A stretch of 63,959 bases of DNA, the filler included, from Welwitschia mirabilis (Eukaryota), in assembly GCA_051453625.1 (NCBI GenBank). It is 5 parts of one record of this genome, joined end to end, with 100 filler letters (N's around TTAATTAATTAA, not from the genome) between each part and the next. Parts side by side here need not be neighbours in the genome. Positions count along the whole stretch, not along the records: positions 1 to 22,324 come from JBOZIK010000001.1; positions 22,425 to 31,302 come from JBOZIK010000001.1; 3 more parts are not named here. One strand, given 5' to 3'. How positions within the stretch are numbered: the first letter of the stretch is position 1; each line of letters begins with the position of its first letter. Positions 12,010 through 24,895 of the stretch are shown piece after piece. The translations under genes and the position numbers were made by a program. The notes beneath the pieces are model-generated. The model was not told where the DNA came from, ran no database searches, and saw only the letters and a program-made list of their open reading frames with translations.

Positions 12010-13305
12010 GACATGTCTATCTAATGTTAGTGTATTTTTGGTTAAGTAGGCCCCATACACATACATCTAGATAGGTTGAGGCTAAGGCTAATGTTGTAAA
12101 ATAGGAGATGGGCATATTAGTACCACCAAAGATTGAGCGTGTGAATTCGGTGCATCCTCCACCTCAACATGATGTTCTATGATGATATAGATAACTACCA
12201 TTCATGTTTAGCAACATTTTGGAGATTTCATGAGCTAGATAGATCTTGAGGTTGATTACAAGCTCTCAGATCTTTAACATTAGTGGATTATAGATATAAA
12301 TGGGTTATATTATGTACCTGAGATAAGAGAGTTCTATGATACCATGCATATAGAGCATTGTCTAGATTATGGTGGCCACTTAGTAGAAATGATTATAGTA
12401 TATATTCAGGACCATGAGATTTCTATACTCCCATCCCATATCATAGTAGTTATAGATGTAAGTGGGCTTAGGAGTTTACATATTCATTATACTATAGGGA
12501 CCCAAGAGTGTTATGCATATGGCACTGCATTAAGCATACCAGCTAATTTGATGATAGATAGATAAGGAGTTATTATCACAAAGTTGACCCCCACATATAG
12601 AGTACTTCATAAAAGACTAGTCCATAACATTAGTCCATTATTTCATGACTATCATAATATAGTTGTATACTTACAAATTCTAGTAACTTTTAGGCATGAA
12701 GAGCATATGGATTTACTGACCTTCATTTGGAAGAGACATAGGTCGATGGTCAAGGGATGACAATTGTAGGCTCTAGGTTATCCATGCCTTCTCTTAGCCT
12801 TATTTAGATGACTTGGAATAATAGAGCCCATGTATGAGTGATTCTTTTCTCATATNNNNNNNNNNTGGGCATATAGGTACTAGAATAGACAAAGCGACCT
12901 CAGGTACAGAGATGTGTGATTAGGGCTACACTTAAGCAGATATAGGCCCTCCTGGCAGAGACTACTAAGACCATCATAGATTTCATAGATTATGGTATCC
13001 AAACATTAAATCATAGGATCTAGGCTCTAGATTTGAGAACTCAGACATTAGAGCAGAGGATCTTAATAGTTGAGAGGAGAGGCTAGCACTCTCAATACTA
13101 AGTCATTAACATGCATAAGTGCATTGTCTCTATACAGTAGCATGTTACAATAGACATTCTACAGGCTATTCATGTTGAGAAAGATAAGATGATTTATTAC
13201 ATTTCAACATCATTGAACCTCCATTTTCTTACTACTCCTAAGCATCCTTCCTTTTTTACCCCTACATCTGAGCTAGCTACCCAGATAAAGTTCATTATAT
13301 GATGA
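12010..13305 (+). pseudogene. Athila env-like extra ORF remnant
   Basis: GC-richer block between pol and the 3' LTR. Motif YYVPEIREFYDTM (~12305-12346) resembles the LVREFY motif of Athila/SIRE extra ORFs. A heptad-like stretch QTLNHRI.ALDLRTQTLEQRILIVERR lies at ~13000-13080. Ends are approximate. Confidence 0.6.
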
Positions 13306-13367
13306 TAAGGGTAGTGATTTTATCATAATTTGTAAATCCCCTTCTATGTATTATTGTATTGAAACAC

Positions 13368-13369
<2 letters not shown>

Positions 13370-13401
<32 letters not shown>
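13370..13401. repeat. (TA)n microsatellite
   Basis: About 16 TA units seen directly. Confidence 0.95.
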
Positions 13402-13406
<5 letters not shown>

Positions 13407-13857
13407 CATTTTTTGAGTTTAGCATGGTGTAACTTTTTATGTATTCTTTATGATTATCTTCCTTTTTTATGTGTTATGATAAGAATTGATTTTATTTGGG
13501 CTATCTTTTTAGTCATTATTATATATTTCAGCGGAGGGCTTTTAATTATAAATGCATTAACTGATTATTTATCTAAAAAAATCTATCATAGGTTTATGTT
13601 TTCCAAGACCATTTTTTAATCCTTTTATCCCTTCTATCATCCAAACGACAACCTAAATAATGGTATGACTAGTTACTCATTCAAGTGAAATGTTCCATTT
13701 TCTGATTTTTCATAATCCAATCTGTATCTCTGAGATTTTTGAAAAATTTTCTAAGCTATTCAATAACTTAGTTGTTTTTATTATTGAATAAGTTGGCTTA
13801 CAATCATGATTTACTACCTCACTTTATTAGGAAATGATAAGGCTAAGTAGGGGATTA

Positions 13858-14961
13858 CATTACGTTACTAACTTGTGTATATTTAATAGGATATTTTTAG
13901 TAGTTTTTTAGGATATTAGATAGGTTTATCCTATATTTCTATGATAAGGGAGAGATGAGATGAAAGATATAAAAACATGCAATCTCCATGACATTTTACA
14001 GCATTTAGAGTAGTTCACAATACTTTCTATTTTGAAGTAAAATCACTACAAACATTGAGGCTAATGCATTAGATTAACATTTGTAAAAGCCTATCATCGA
14101 CCTCATCATCTGGATGACTCTACAGATGATAGAATAGTTGAAGCCAATGAGAATGCTGACTATGATTAATGTGGTAAATGACATGGAATACTTATGAGAT
14201 GGCATCATCCCCTATATCATCTGAATAATCATAAGGATGATATGAATTATAATGTTCCACTAAACATTCACCTAACCTTTTCTAATTATCTATGTATCTT
14301 TTGTGTGGCTATTAAGGTTGTGTTTATTCCTATTTATCTATTTTGTTATTTGTGTATCTATTGTTAATAAGTATGAATTCTACCCTTGACTCCATCTTAT
14401 TTTTGCTTAGATTGAAAATTCTTATGAGAAGAGATCAAAGGATTAAAAATTCATCCTTAGTAGTTACAGAGAGACATATTTCTTGGTGTTTGGTTGTGAT
14501 TTCTCCATTGAGGTATAACTAATTGGTAACATGAATGTGATTTAATTAATATAAAGAACTTTTTTTCATTTCCTATGCTTGTTTTTACTTATCTCTTATA
14601 GTTTATATTACTTTTAATTTAGTGACAGCTTCTTGAGTGATATAGGTTATGAGGGTAACCTTTCTCAAGATTGAGCATTATTATTTTAGATGCATTATTC
14701 CTTTTTTCTTTACTAAATTAGCTTTGCACAAGTATGTTGCATTATGATTTTCTGCATTCTAATTTATTTCTATTGCTAGAATACATAGGTGTTTCTCATT
14801 GAAATTAATTCTCTTTCTTCTAGCTTGAGCCTTTAATGGTTATGACATTCAGGTCCACTCTTGTTTATATTTTTATGATGTGTTATGCAAGATATCTATT
14901 TTATTTGTGAATGATAAGATCTTCATGAGTGTAATCATTTGTATAAATAAGCATCATAATA
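13858..14961 (+). repeat. 3' LTR of the Athila-like element
   Basis: Follows the PPT, colinear with the LTR at 48921-49937, related to 24896-25959, and ends ...CATCATAATA (decayed CACTACAACA). Confidence 0.8.
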
Positions 14962-17370
14962 GGTAGCTACATGATTTTCAACCTTTATCTATTAACTTTT
15001 AAATTTCATAAGTATTTGGATTGGAAATTTTGACTGAACCATTAGAATGTACTTTTCCTAAAAGATATTGATCTAACCATTGAGAAGTTAANNNNNNNNN
15101 NNNNNNNNNNNNNNNNNNNNNNNNNNNNNNNNNNNNNNNNNNNNNNNNNNNNNNNNNNNNNNNNNNNNNNNNNNNNNNNNNNNNNNNNNNNNNTGGAGTA
15201 AAATCAATTAGAGGAAAAGAGAGTAAAATGATAAAACTTTAATAGCAAAAATTTTAGAATCCAAACAAGATATAAAGAAGAGACAAATTTTATTGAGAAA
15301 TAATCTTATATTAGAATATTATAAATCATGAGTATCATTATATAATTAATTTAAGGCATAATTCAAATAATGGATCCAAGATGTTTTTAAGGGTTATTAA
15401 GAATAGTTAATAAGATAGAGAAGCTTCTTAAGATTTAACTCTAAGCATGGATTATAATAAAGAAGATAAGGTTTATCCCAATTCAAAATTCCAAGATATT
15501 TCAAGTTATACTTTTGAAAAGGATAATAATTAAAATCATAAGATAAAGTAAACTTGGTAAAAATTCATAAGGTAAATTCATACTTTAAGTATCAGATGAA
15601 TTTTTAAAAGAAAAATATTGAGAGATAAGAATATACTTTTTGAATTTATGGTTTTTATGAAAGTCAAGAAAAGGTATATGTATTTGAGAATTATATAAAG
15701 CTTTAAAGGAGAATATGAAGAAATTTTATCATTATCAAGATCATAAGGTGATGTGAACATGGAAGTAGAATGAACAAGTCTATCCTCTATTAATTTTGAA
15801 TAAATCTCTATGTGTTCTTTATTGTGTTTATTTCCTTTATGTTATCTTTATCATTATGTTATTGAATTGTTTCTTTACTTTCCTCATGATTATTTTTAAC
15901 TATGTCTTCCTCCTTTTGCTAAGTATTACTTTCATTTTCTAAGTTATTATATTCATAAAGAAGATCATTAAGAGAAATGTGAGTAACATATTCATTATGG
16001 ATTAAAAGTTTTTCAGATTCTTCATAAATGAATTCCTCATCTAGATTTTCTAGTAGTAAATAGATGAAAGGAATATATTCTAATACATAAATATCATCAT
16101 CTAATGAATAATCATCCTCATTCTTATTATTAACAAATTGAGTTGAGTTATTATTGTCTCCCCTTTGGTCATCTTCTAATAATAGAATGTTGAAGTTTAA
16201 TCCAAATTTCATTTTCTCTTTAAAGGCAAGAATCATTGTTACTTGTTTCTAAGTTCTCTTCATTTTCCTCAAGGTAGGATGTAGTAGGATAGTTTTAATG
16301 ATGCCATTATAAAGGTAGGATGTAGTAGGATGGTTTTGTGATTGAATTTGATTAGATAATGATAAGCATGTTTTGTATGCATTCTCAATGATTGGCTATT
16401 GCCATAAACTCAATGAACACCAATAAATTTAGTGTAGAATTATGAACAAACTCAAATTAGATCATAATAAAATACTGAGAAAATAAAGAATAAGCTTTAA
16501 ATTTAATTTATACTATGAAGATAAATCATTTATGTAGTTTCTTCATTCATCTTTTCATTTGTTGAATGGATTTGTTAACATGATCAATGGTTTCATTAGT
16601 TCCTCTATCAATGTTAGGATGTTGAGGCCCTTATAATGTTGATCTTTGCATTGAATTAATTTTCTTGAATTTATAACAAATGGTAAATGGATGATAGAAA
16701 TATTGAGTGGTAAAATTTAAATAAGGCATCTTAGAAGGCTTATTTGTTTGGTAAATTTATCCTTTAAAGTGATACAAGTAATAGGGGGCATAAGTGAACC
16801 AGTACCTAAGTGATCCACATAAAATGCTAGCAGGAGCTTCTCGACATTCTAAAACAAGTGTGTGCATTAAGTAATCTCTAAATAAGAAGGCATCTCCATC
16901 AATGATGATATGCACATTGAGGCTATAGATAAGGCACAGGCTAAAGACACCATTGATATAATATAAAGCAAGCAACTAATAACATATCAAAGGTTCTTTA
17001 GGTGGAAATCCAAGAAAATCACATTATAGTTAAGATAGTTGTAATAATTATAGTTAAATGGAAATTTGATATCTTCTATTAAAACCATCAAAGAACTGAA
17101 ACTTAAATAGATGCTTTATAGATAAAAATAAAGGCATCTTAATTTGAAAAATCACTAACTTCATGTAAAATAGAAAATTAAAACCATTTGGTATTATTCA
17201 AAGTTTCTACACAAGTTGGATAATGGACTTCTTAGGAGTAGAGGTTATTATCATTCTCATTTAATGTTATTTAACATTCCTTGATGATGTTAGTTCTTTT
17301 CCATCCTTGAATCCTTTCACTCATCATATTTTTTATCCCTACTAATAACTAAGACTCTCTATTCATGGTA
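14962..17370 (-). mobile_element. Remnant of a pol-deleted Athila-like element (gag-like region, unknown segment, integrase C-terminus)
   Basis: 15000-15090 reverse complement matches the integrase 3' end at ~9730-9800. 15194-15480 is homologous to 47740-48030. A weakly gag-like region lies at ~16240-17370. Confidence 0.55.
16271..16337. repeat. Short direct repeat, 41-bp period
   Basis: AAGGTAGGATGTAGTAGGAT(A/G)GTTTT occurs at 16271 and 16312. Confidence 0.85.
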
Positions 17371-17815
17371 ATTGAGCTTGTATTACCTCATCACTAATAA
17401 ATTTTATCTCAAAATTAATAGTGCCTAGTTTAATAAACTTACAATTTTGCTAACTAGATCATTGTAGTTCCTATAGTTCAAGGTAATCCCTGATACTTAG
17501 AGATCCCTTTTAGATAATCAAATTCAAATTCATATGTAGTCTTATACCTAGCATTGATGCTAATTTGTAAAGTGTGTAGCCTTAACAAATGTTATCATCC
17601 TTTATTTCTACTAAATGTTAATTGCTAATTAGGCTCTTAAATACAACATCTTTTCCTTGATAGCTCTACTAAGCCTTGTGAAGAAGAACATCTTCTTTTA
17701 GATTTTCTTACAGCTAAAACTTTCTAATAGTACATGAATCTCATTAAGTTCTTAACTATGAACATTAGTAAAATGCCTATGTAGTGATCTTGATTTTATT
17801 AGAGGTTAGTATCTC

Positions 17816-19477
17816 TATTGTACTACCAATTTGTGGTTATTTAATGGGGTTTTATGACTTGTTTTGTAGGAATTTTATAAAGATGTAGCTACCATTTTGA
17901 AGATTTGGAGATACAATAGAAAATCTTGGAAAAGTGTGATTCTTATTCAAACTTTACATATTAAAGGTACTTTCTGATGCATAGAGCTTTGAAGAAGGAT
18001 TATTGACAAATTCTAGATTTCTCCTTCAGAAAAAATCAAAGAAGACCATCGTTTCCTCCATCATCCTCATGACATGTAAGACGACAACTGCTAATGTGGA
18101 CTACCGAATCGTTATTGAGTCATTATTCTAGATCATCTTTTATAATGTGCTATCATCTTCATTGTCATTTAGATGACAATCTGAACAACATTGATATGTA
18201 AGCAACTATGATAGTAACCCATAACCATTTTGTCCATTTCTGAGTTGTAAATAAATGTACGTTTTTACACCTACCATTTGTTCTTTTCTGCTATGAGTTG
18301 TTATAAATAAACCTCCCTTTGACTCTTCTTCTCATCTTTGTTGCACCAGAAATTCTTGTGATAGGAAATTAAAGGATAAAAGATTCATCTTAAGTATTAC
18401 AAAAAGACATGCACTTGGTGGAGGGTTATGTATCCTCCATTGAGACCTGGTTTTTTTATAACCAATATGCTTGTTTTTTTTTTATATTTACATATTAGTT
18501 TATTTGATAACCCTTATAGTCTATGTTGCCCTTGATCTGATGAAAATTTCTTGGGTGATATATATTATCAAGGGAAACCTTTATTAAGGCTAGAAGAAAG
18601 TAGTATTAGTTCCATTTTGCATTGTATTTTAAGATTAGATTTCATNNNNNNNNNNNNNNNNNNNNNNNNNNNNNNNNNNNNNNNNNNNNNNNNNNNNNNN
18701 NNNNNNNNNNNNNNNNNNNNNNNNNNNNNNNNNNNNNNNNNNNNNGCTTGTTTTTTTTTTATATTTACATATTAGTGTATTTGATAACCCTTATAGTCTA
18801 TGTTGCCCTTGATCTGATGAAAATTTCTTGGGTGATATATATTATCAAGGAAAACCTTTATGAAGGCTAGAAGAAAGTAGTATTAGTTCCATTTTGCATT
18901 GTATTTTAAGATTAGATTTCATCTTGCATTTGTATTATACATTTTATTTCTTACATTATTCTTTTTTTTTATTCATAGTACTATTTTGAAAAGCAACCTA
19001 AGTCNNNNNNNNNNNNNNNNNNNNNNNNNNNNNNNNNNNNNNNNNNNNNNNNNNNNNNNNNNNNNNNNNNNNNNNNNNNNNNNNNNNNNNNNNNNNNNNN
19101 NNNNAGATTTTTTGATGACCCTTATAGTCTATGTTGCCCTTGATCTAGTGATAATTTCTTGGGTAATATAGATTATCAAGGATAGCCTTTGTTAAGACTA
19201 AAATTAAGTAGTATTAGTTCATTTTGCATTCATCTATATTAGTTGAACTTTGCATTTGCATGCATTCCTTTATTTCCCTACATTATTATTTATTTCTGGT
19301 TCCTATTCCATTTTTTAAAGAAATCTAAGTCTCATCTCATAGTCTTTAATGTGAATATGACATTTTGGGTCTACTTTCACTCATACTAGTATGATGTATT
19401 ATGTAAGATATCTATTTTAGTTATAAATGACAGGATCTCTTTGAATGTAAAAATTTACACAAATACATACTACAACA
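17816..19477 (+). repeat. 5' LTR, lengthened by duplications across two gaps
   Basis: TATTGTACTACC...ACTACAACA, colinear with 24896-25959. Confidence 0.8.
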
Positions 19478-19480
19478 TCT

Positions 19481-19498
19481 TGGCACCATTGCCAGGTA
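19481..19498 (+). promoter_or_regulatory. Primer binding site (tRNA-Asp, Athila type)
   Basis: TGGCACCATTGCCAGGTA vs consensus TGGCGCCGTTGCCGGGGA. Confidence 0.85.
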
Positions 19499-19962
19499 AG
19501 GCTATTAAGGATTATAAGGATTTTCATCATTCAAGTGAATATATCATACCTCTATTTAGTTATTTATCTATGCGACATTATATTTTATTAAGAGTTGTAG
19601 GATTTCTATGTGCATTTTTTCAGTCTTATTTCTTTAGTTTTGGTTTTTGGTAGAAAAAGTATGATCATCCCCTTTGTCATCTCAATGATATTCAAGACAA
19701 TGGTGTGCATTTTTACTTTTGGATTCATTTTTCAATTGTGGATTTTTTGAAATAAATTTGTTTGTATCATCTCCTATGATGTCTAGACAACCAACTGGAT
19801 AACAATCCTATTTTATGTATTTTATAATTTTTGTTTCGATTTTAGTTCTATTTCTATTTTTCTGGTGTGTTGTCCCTTCTATCATCCCCACAATAGACAG
19901 GATAATGGTTTGTTATTTTTTATCTTATTTTTTATTGTTTGATATTTGTAAGATGTTGTAAT

Positions 19963-22324
19963 ATGATTAATCTTAAGAATAAATATTAAAGAGAAAGGAT
20001 ACTAATAGAAAATAACATTAAAGAAAATCTAGTGGATATAGAAAATGAATTGGAAAAGTGATCTTCAGTGCACTTAAACCTTATTTCAAATTTATTTTTT
20101 CTGAGTTAGCCTTTCTTAATAAAAATCCTATAGAAGGAGAAAACCAATTTACAATGTCGAGTGCCTCCCATAAGCAGAAATAAGTCATAGAATCTTCTAC
20201 CCATAATGCAAATCTTGACCTTAGAGAATTGCTAGGAAATAAAAAATGAGAGATTCAAACACCTTTTAATCCATTCCTAGGAGATGATATTGAGCTTAAA
20301 AATTTACATGCCTACCCAATTTTTAATAGAGAAAATGATGAGGACCTCTTTTCACACATTGCAGACATTGAACAACTAATCCTCACCTCAAGAAATTGGA
20401 AGAAAAAAATCATTGATAGAACATACATGGTAATATTTTGCATAACATTAAAGGGTAGACCAAAACTCTGGCTAAAAACTATTCCCCACAAAAATCTTAA
20501 AAACATGGGATCAAGTCTGGAAACCCTTTGTAAAAATATTTATGGGTGAAGAAATCATAAGAAAAAGGAAAAAGAAGGTAATGAACTTTCAAAAAAACCA
20601 AATGAAGATTATGCCTCTNNNNNNNNNNNNNNNNNNNNNNNNNNNNNNNNNNNNNNNNNNNNNNNNNNNNNNNNNNNNNNNNNNNNNNNNNNNNNNNNNN
20701 NNNNNNNNNNNNNNNNNNNNNNNNNNNNNNNNNNNNNNNNNNNNNNNNNNNNNNNNNNNNNNNNNNNNNNNNNNNNNNNNNNNNNNNNNNNNNNNNNNNN
20801 NNNNNNNNNNNNNNNNNNNNNNNNNNNNNNNNNNNNNNNNNNNNNNNNNNNNNNNNNNNNNNNNNNNNNNNNNNNNNNNNNNNNNNNNNNNNNNNNNNNN
20901 NNNNNNNNNNNNNNNNNNNNNNNNNNNNNNNNNNNNNNNNNNNNNNNNNNNNNNNNNNNNNNNNNNNNNNNNNNNNNNNNNNNNNNNNNNNNNNNNNNNN
21001 NNNNNNNNNNNNNNNNNNNNNNNNNNNNNNNNNNNNNNNNNNNNNNNNNNNNNNNNNNNNNNNNNNNNNNNNNNNNNNNNNNNNNNNNNNNNNNNNNNNN
21101 NNNNNNNNNNNNNNNNNNNNNNNNNNNNNNNNNNNNNNNNNNNNNNNNNNNNNNNNNNNNNNNNNNNNNNNNNNNNNNNNNNNNNNNNNNNNNNNNNNNN
21201 NNNNNNNNNNNNNNNNNNNNNNNNNNNNNNNNNNNNNNNNNNNNNNNNNNNNNNNNNNACCTCATGAACCTTACTCTAGATGATGCCTGAACAAAATTAG
21301 AAGAGGTTGTGAAGGTTAGTTAAACTTGGTCAAATCCTAATGAAAACCAAAATGTAGGCCAACTCATCAAAGATTTGAAAGAGTTAAACAACAAAATAAG
21401 GTAGAATTCAACCTTATAAATTCTATGAAAGATTTTATAACAACCTTGGAGAAGTATGTAGAAATGATCTTAGATGCCAAAACCACAATCAAAAGAAATG
21501 TTGTGCAAACTTATAAATTATGTGAGGATAATTACCATGTCACTAGAAATTGTCCTCTTTTACCAAAATACAAAGAAAGAATATGTGAAGAAATTTGTGC
21601 TTTTAACCAACCATCTAAAAACTTTCAAAACCAAAATCAAACACAACTTAGGTTAAACATTCATTTTCAAAATAGTTCTCAATCTTTTAGAAACCAATTC
21701 AAAAACACAAACTATCCACCAAGTTTATCTAATTACCAACATCTAAATGATCCAATCATAAACCTTATGGATTATATTAGAAGATAACATAAAGAAATAA
21801 ATTCCAAACTTAATAAGCATGTTTTAATAAACAATGCTAGCACATCAAAGACCTCAANNNNNNNNNNNNNNNNNNNNNNNNNNNNNNNNNNNNNAATTAA
21901 GAAAATATTGTAAAGTTGGAACAAAAAGTGGATAAAAAATAATCCTCCTCTATGTGAACCTTTCACCTCCTAAAATAACTTTAGAAATGATGAAGAATAA
22001 TAGGAAAAGGACATTAAAATATCAAAAGATTATAATTTACCTTGTCTTGGCAAAATAAAAAGAAAAATCCTTCTCAAAAAACCACCTCTTATCTTCGTAT
22101 GCTTAATAAAAATTCAACTTTCAATAATCATTTAAAAGCCTTGATGAAAAATGTGATCATAAACTTATCTTTTTTGAAAGTTTTACAAGAAAATCCAAGA
22201 TATAAAAATTATGGAAAGACCTAATAAGAAGAAAATAAAAATGAGTTATCCCTAGCAAGGTCTTTCTTGCTCAATCCCTCACAAATATAGTATTATAAAA
22301 ATCACCCAAATGTAAAATTCTCGG
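19963..22324 (+). pseudogene. gag: Ty3/gypsy gag remnant
   Basis: AYPIFNRENDEDLFSHIADIEQL...FCITLKGRPKLWLKTIP and CEDNYHVTRNCPLLP. Colinear with 60818-62640 and 51728-53600. Confidence 0.8.
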
Positions 22325-22424
22325 NNNNNNNNNNNNNNNNNNNNNNNNNNNNNNNNNNNNNNNNNNNNTTAATTAATTAANNNNNNNNNNNNNNNNNNNN
22401 NNNNNNNNNNNNNNNNNNNNNNNN
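22325..22424. other. Artificial scaffold spacer N44-TTAATTAATTAA-N44 (12-mer also at 31347-31358, 49982-49993, 62834-62845)
   Basis: The identical 12-mer, which has stops in all six frames, is centred in 100-bp gaps four times. Confidence 0.92.
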
Positions 22425-24895
22425 CTTTGATGTAGCTGAGAAAGATTTGGGTAATTATTTGAATATTGAATATAATGTCAAACTAACTTTATTCTTATAA
22501 CATCACCCACTTGAAGAAAGAGAGATGAAATCAAATGAACATATACTTTATAATGACCAATTTAAGAATGAAAAAGAAATACAACCTTTAGAGTGTAAGG
22601 AAGTTCAACTTTTTAAAAAATATTATGAGGGAGATTGTCCATTATATAAGCCAAATATTGAAAATCATAATTTAAATTTAAATGAGAAAAATGTTTTTAA
22701 TAAAATTAAAGGTAATTTTCTTTGTGATGCTCAAAATAAAATCTTACATTTAATAAAAATCTTTTACCAGAGTTACCATTTCTCTCTCTTTTGACTTCCA
22801 AAATTTATGCTTTAGTGTGGTATCATATAGTGCTCTCCATTACTCTTCTCTTAATCCAGTTGATTTTATTTTAANNNNNNNNNNNNNNNNNNNNNNNNNN
22901 NNNNNNNNNNNNNNNNNNNNNNNNNNNNNNNNNNNNNNNNNNNNNNNNNNNNNNNNNNNNNNNNNNNNNNNNNNNNNNNNNNNNNNNNNNNNNNNNNNNN
23001 NNNNNNNNNNNNNNNNNNNNNNNNNNNNNNNNNNNNNNNNNNNNNNNNNNNNNNNNNNNNNNNNNNNNNNNNNNNNNNNNNNNNNNNNNNNNNNNNNNNN
23101 NNNNNNNNNNNNNNNNNNNNNNNNNNNNNNNNNNNNNNNNNNNNNNNNNNNNNNNNNNNNNNNNNNNNNNNNNNNNNNNNNNNNNNNNNNNNNNNNNNNN
23201 NNNNNNNNNNNNNNNNNNNNNNNNNNNNNNNNNNNNNNNNNNNNNNNNNNNNNNNNNNNNNNNNNNNNNAAAATGTTGATTTTTTATTTTCTATTATTTT
23301 GAGAAAATACATTTTTATGACTCTATTGAGATTTTTGATTTGACTCCTTAAGAATTTTAGAAAGTTGATGAGCAAAATTTGGAATTACATGAGCAAACCA
23401 TCCGATTTTCTCTTTTTTTTTCCTTTGAAAGATTATTAATGCATTACTTGATCATCTTTCAAATATTATTTATGTATTTATTTCTATGATTAGTCTTTTA
23501 ACTTTGGCATTTTAGTGATAAGATTGAATTAATCCATTCTTAGAACATTTACATGTCAATGATCTTTTATTGAAGGAAGATGCTTTATTTTTAATGTTTT
23601 TTACAATGGTTAAAAGATCATAGATTGTTTAAGAGTGTTCTTTTCTATCTTAACTTAATGACTTTTACCTTTGTCTTTTAGAGTGTTTGGTCATGTGGAA
23701 TATTGTTTTATTTAAAAAAAAGAAAAATAAAAGTGAAATAAAGACCATGATGTTTTATATTTGTAATACCTCAAAAACATAGTCACCATGATATCCTACC
23801 ACAAGTACACTGGGGTAAGTATTTTTGAGAGGAGCATTTGGCAGTGTAATATGATAGCTGTGAGAACCCAATTAGGAGGTTAGTTAGCCATGCTTACTTC
23901 TCTGACTATGATTGCACTCTCTCATTATGGATAATAAAGTTGTATTTAAACTTTAAGGCTATGGAATTAGTGGTGTTCCTAGTGTCGTTAGAGGCATTGA
24001 TTGTTTCCTAGACTCTTAAAATTCCAACATGATCATTTAATTTCTTAACATTTGGATGTTTATTTTGAGATGATGGCAGGAGAGTTTATTTTTTAGTAGT
24101 TCTTTAGTCTAATCATTTATTTTTTAAAGCATTTTACTCTAGCATTATCATAATAATTGCCTTATCAAATGGAATTTTTGTACAAAAAGTCATGCATTTT
24201 TTACATCAAGTGATGTTATGATTTCTTTCATGGGAATCTACTAGGTTAAAATATCAGATTGATAAGATATCTTTTGTTTATGTTATCTTATGTCCATTCT
24301 TCTTGTTTTCCTTGATAGTTTGGTTAGTTATTTTAAAGTCATTACCGTATTTTCTTATCATGTTCAAGTTTTTAATAAAAGATAATTTATTGCTTAGATA
24401 AGTGTTTTCTTCAGATTTTTAGTGTTGTAAGTGCTAATTATGTTTATTTTTATGATGAAACATTTTTTTTATTATCCACTCATTTTCTTTTCTTATCAGA
24501 ATATTTTATAGATCTATATTTCTCAAATCTAATGTTACTCAGCTTTNNNNNNNNNNAAAATTGTCCTATTTTACCTACCTTATTCCTCTTGTTTACTTTC
24601 TTTGCTTTATTTTCAAATATGGGATGTATTACTTTTTCTTTTAGGGAGAGGAGGACAGAGACCCATTGACATGGCTTATTTTCAAAACATTTTAACTTAA
24701 TTTAGAGATTTCATGAAATAAAATTTTCAAATTTAAATACACATTATGCATTACTTGTTATTTATCTATGTGATGCGTTTTATGAGACTATTTTATAACT
24801 TTTAGATTTATCTTTTGAAAAACAAATTGGCTTGCAATTATGGTTTTTAAACCTAGATTTTATTAGGGACTAACAAAGGCTAAGTGAGGGGTTAT

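Larger units (their letters stand above)
1..14961 (+). mobile_element. Athila-like Ty3/gypsy element; 5' part lies outside the window, interrupted at 40-6802
   Basis: RT-RH-INT domain order, env-like ORF, PPT-like AAGTAGGGGA (~13845-13854) and 3' LTR. Confidence 0.8.

Noticed and set aside
18466..18922. Near-identical ~180-bp tandem duplication inside an LTR
   Set aside because: The copies flank a 100-N gap; most likely an unmerged contig overlap.
19481..19498. tRNA-like sequence
   Set aside because: Only the 18-nt PBS complement, with no tRNA body.
22369..22380. Recurrent TTAATTAATTAA palindrome (four copies)
   Set aside because: Always centred in 100-bp N runs; an artificial six-frame-stop scaffold linker.
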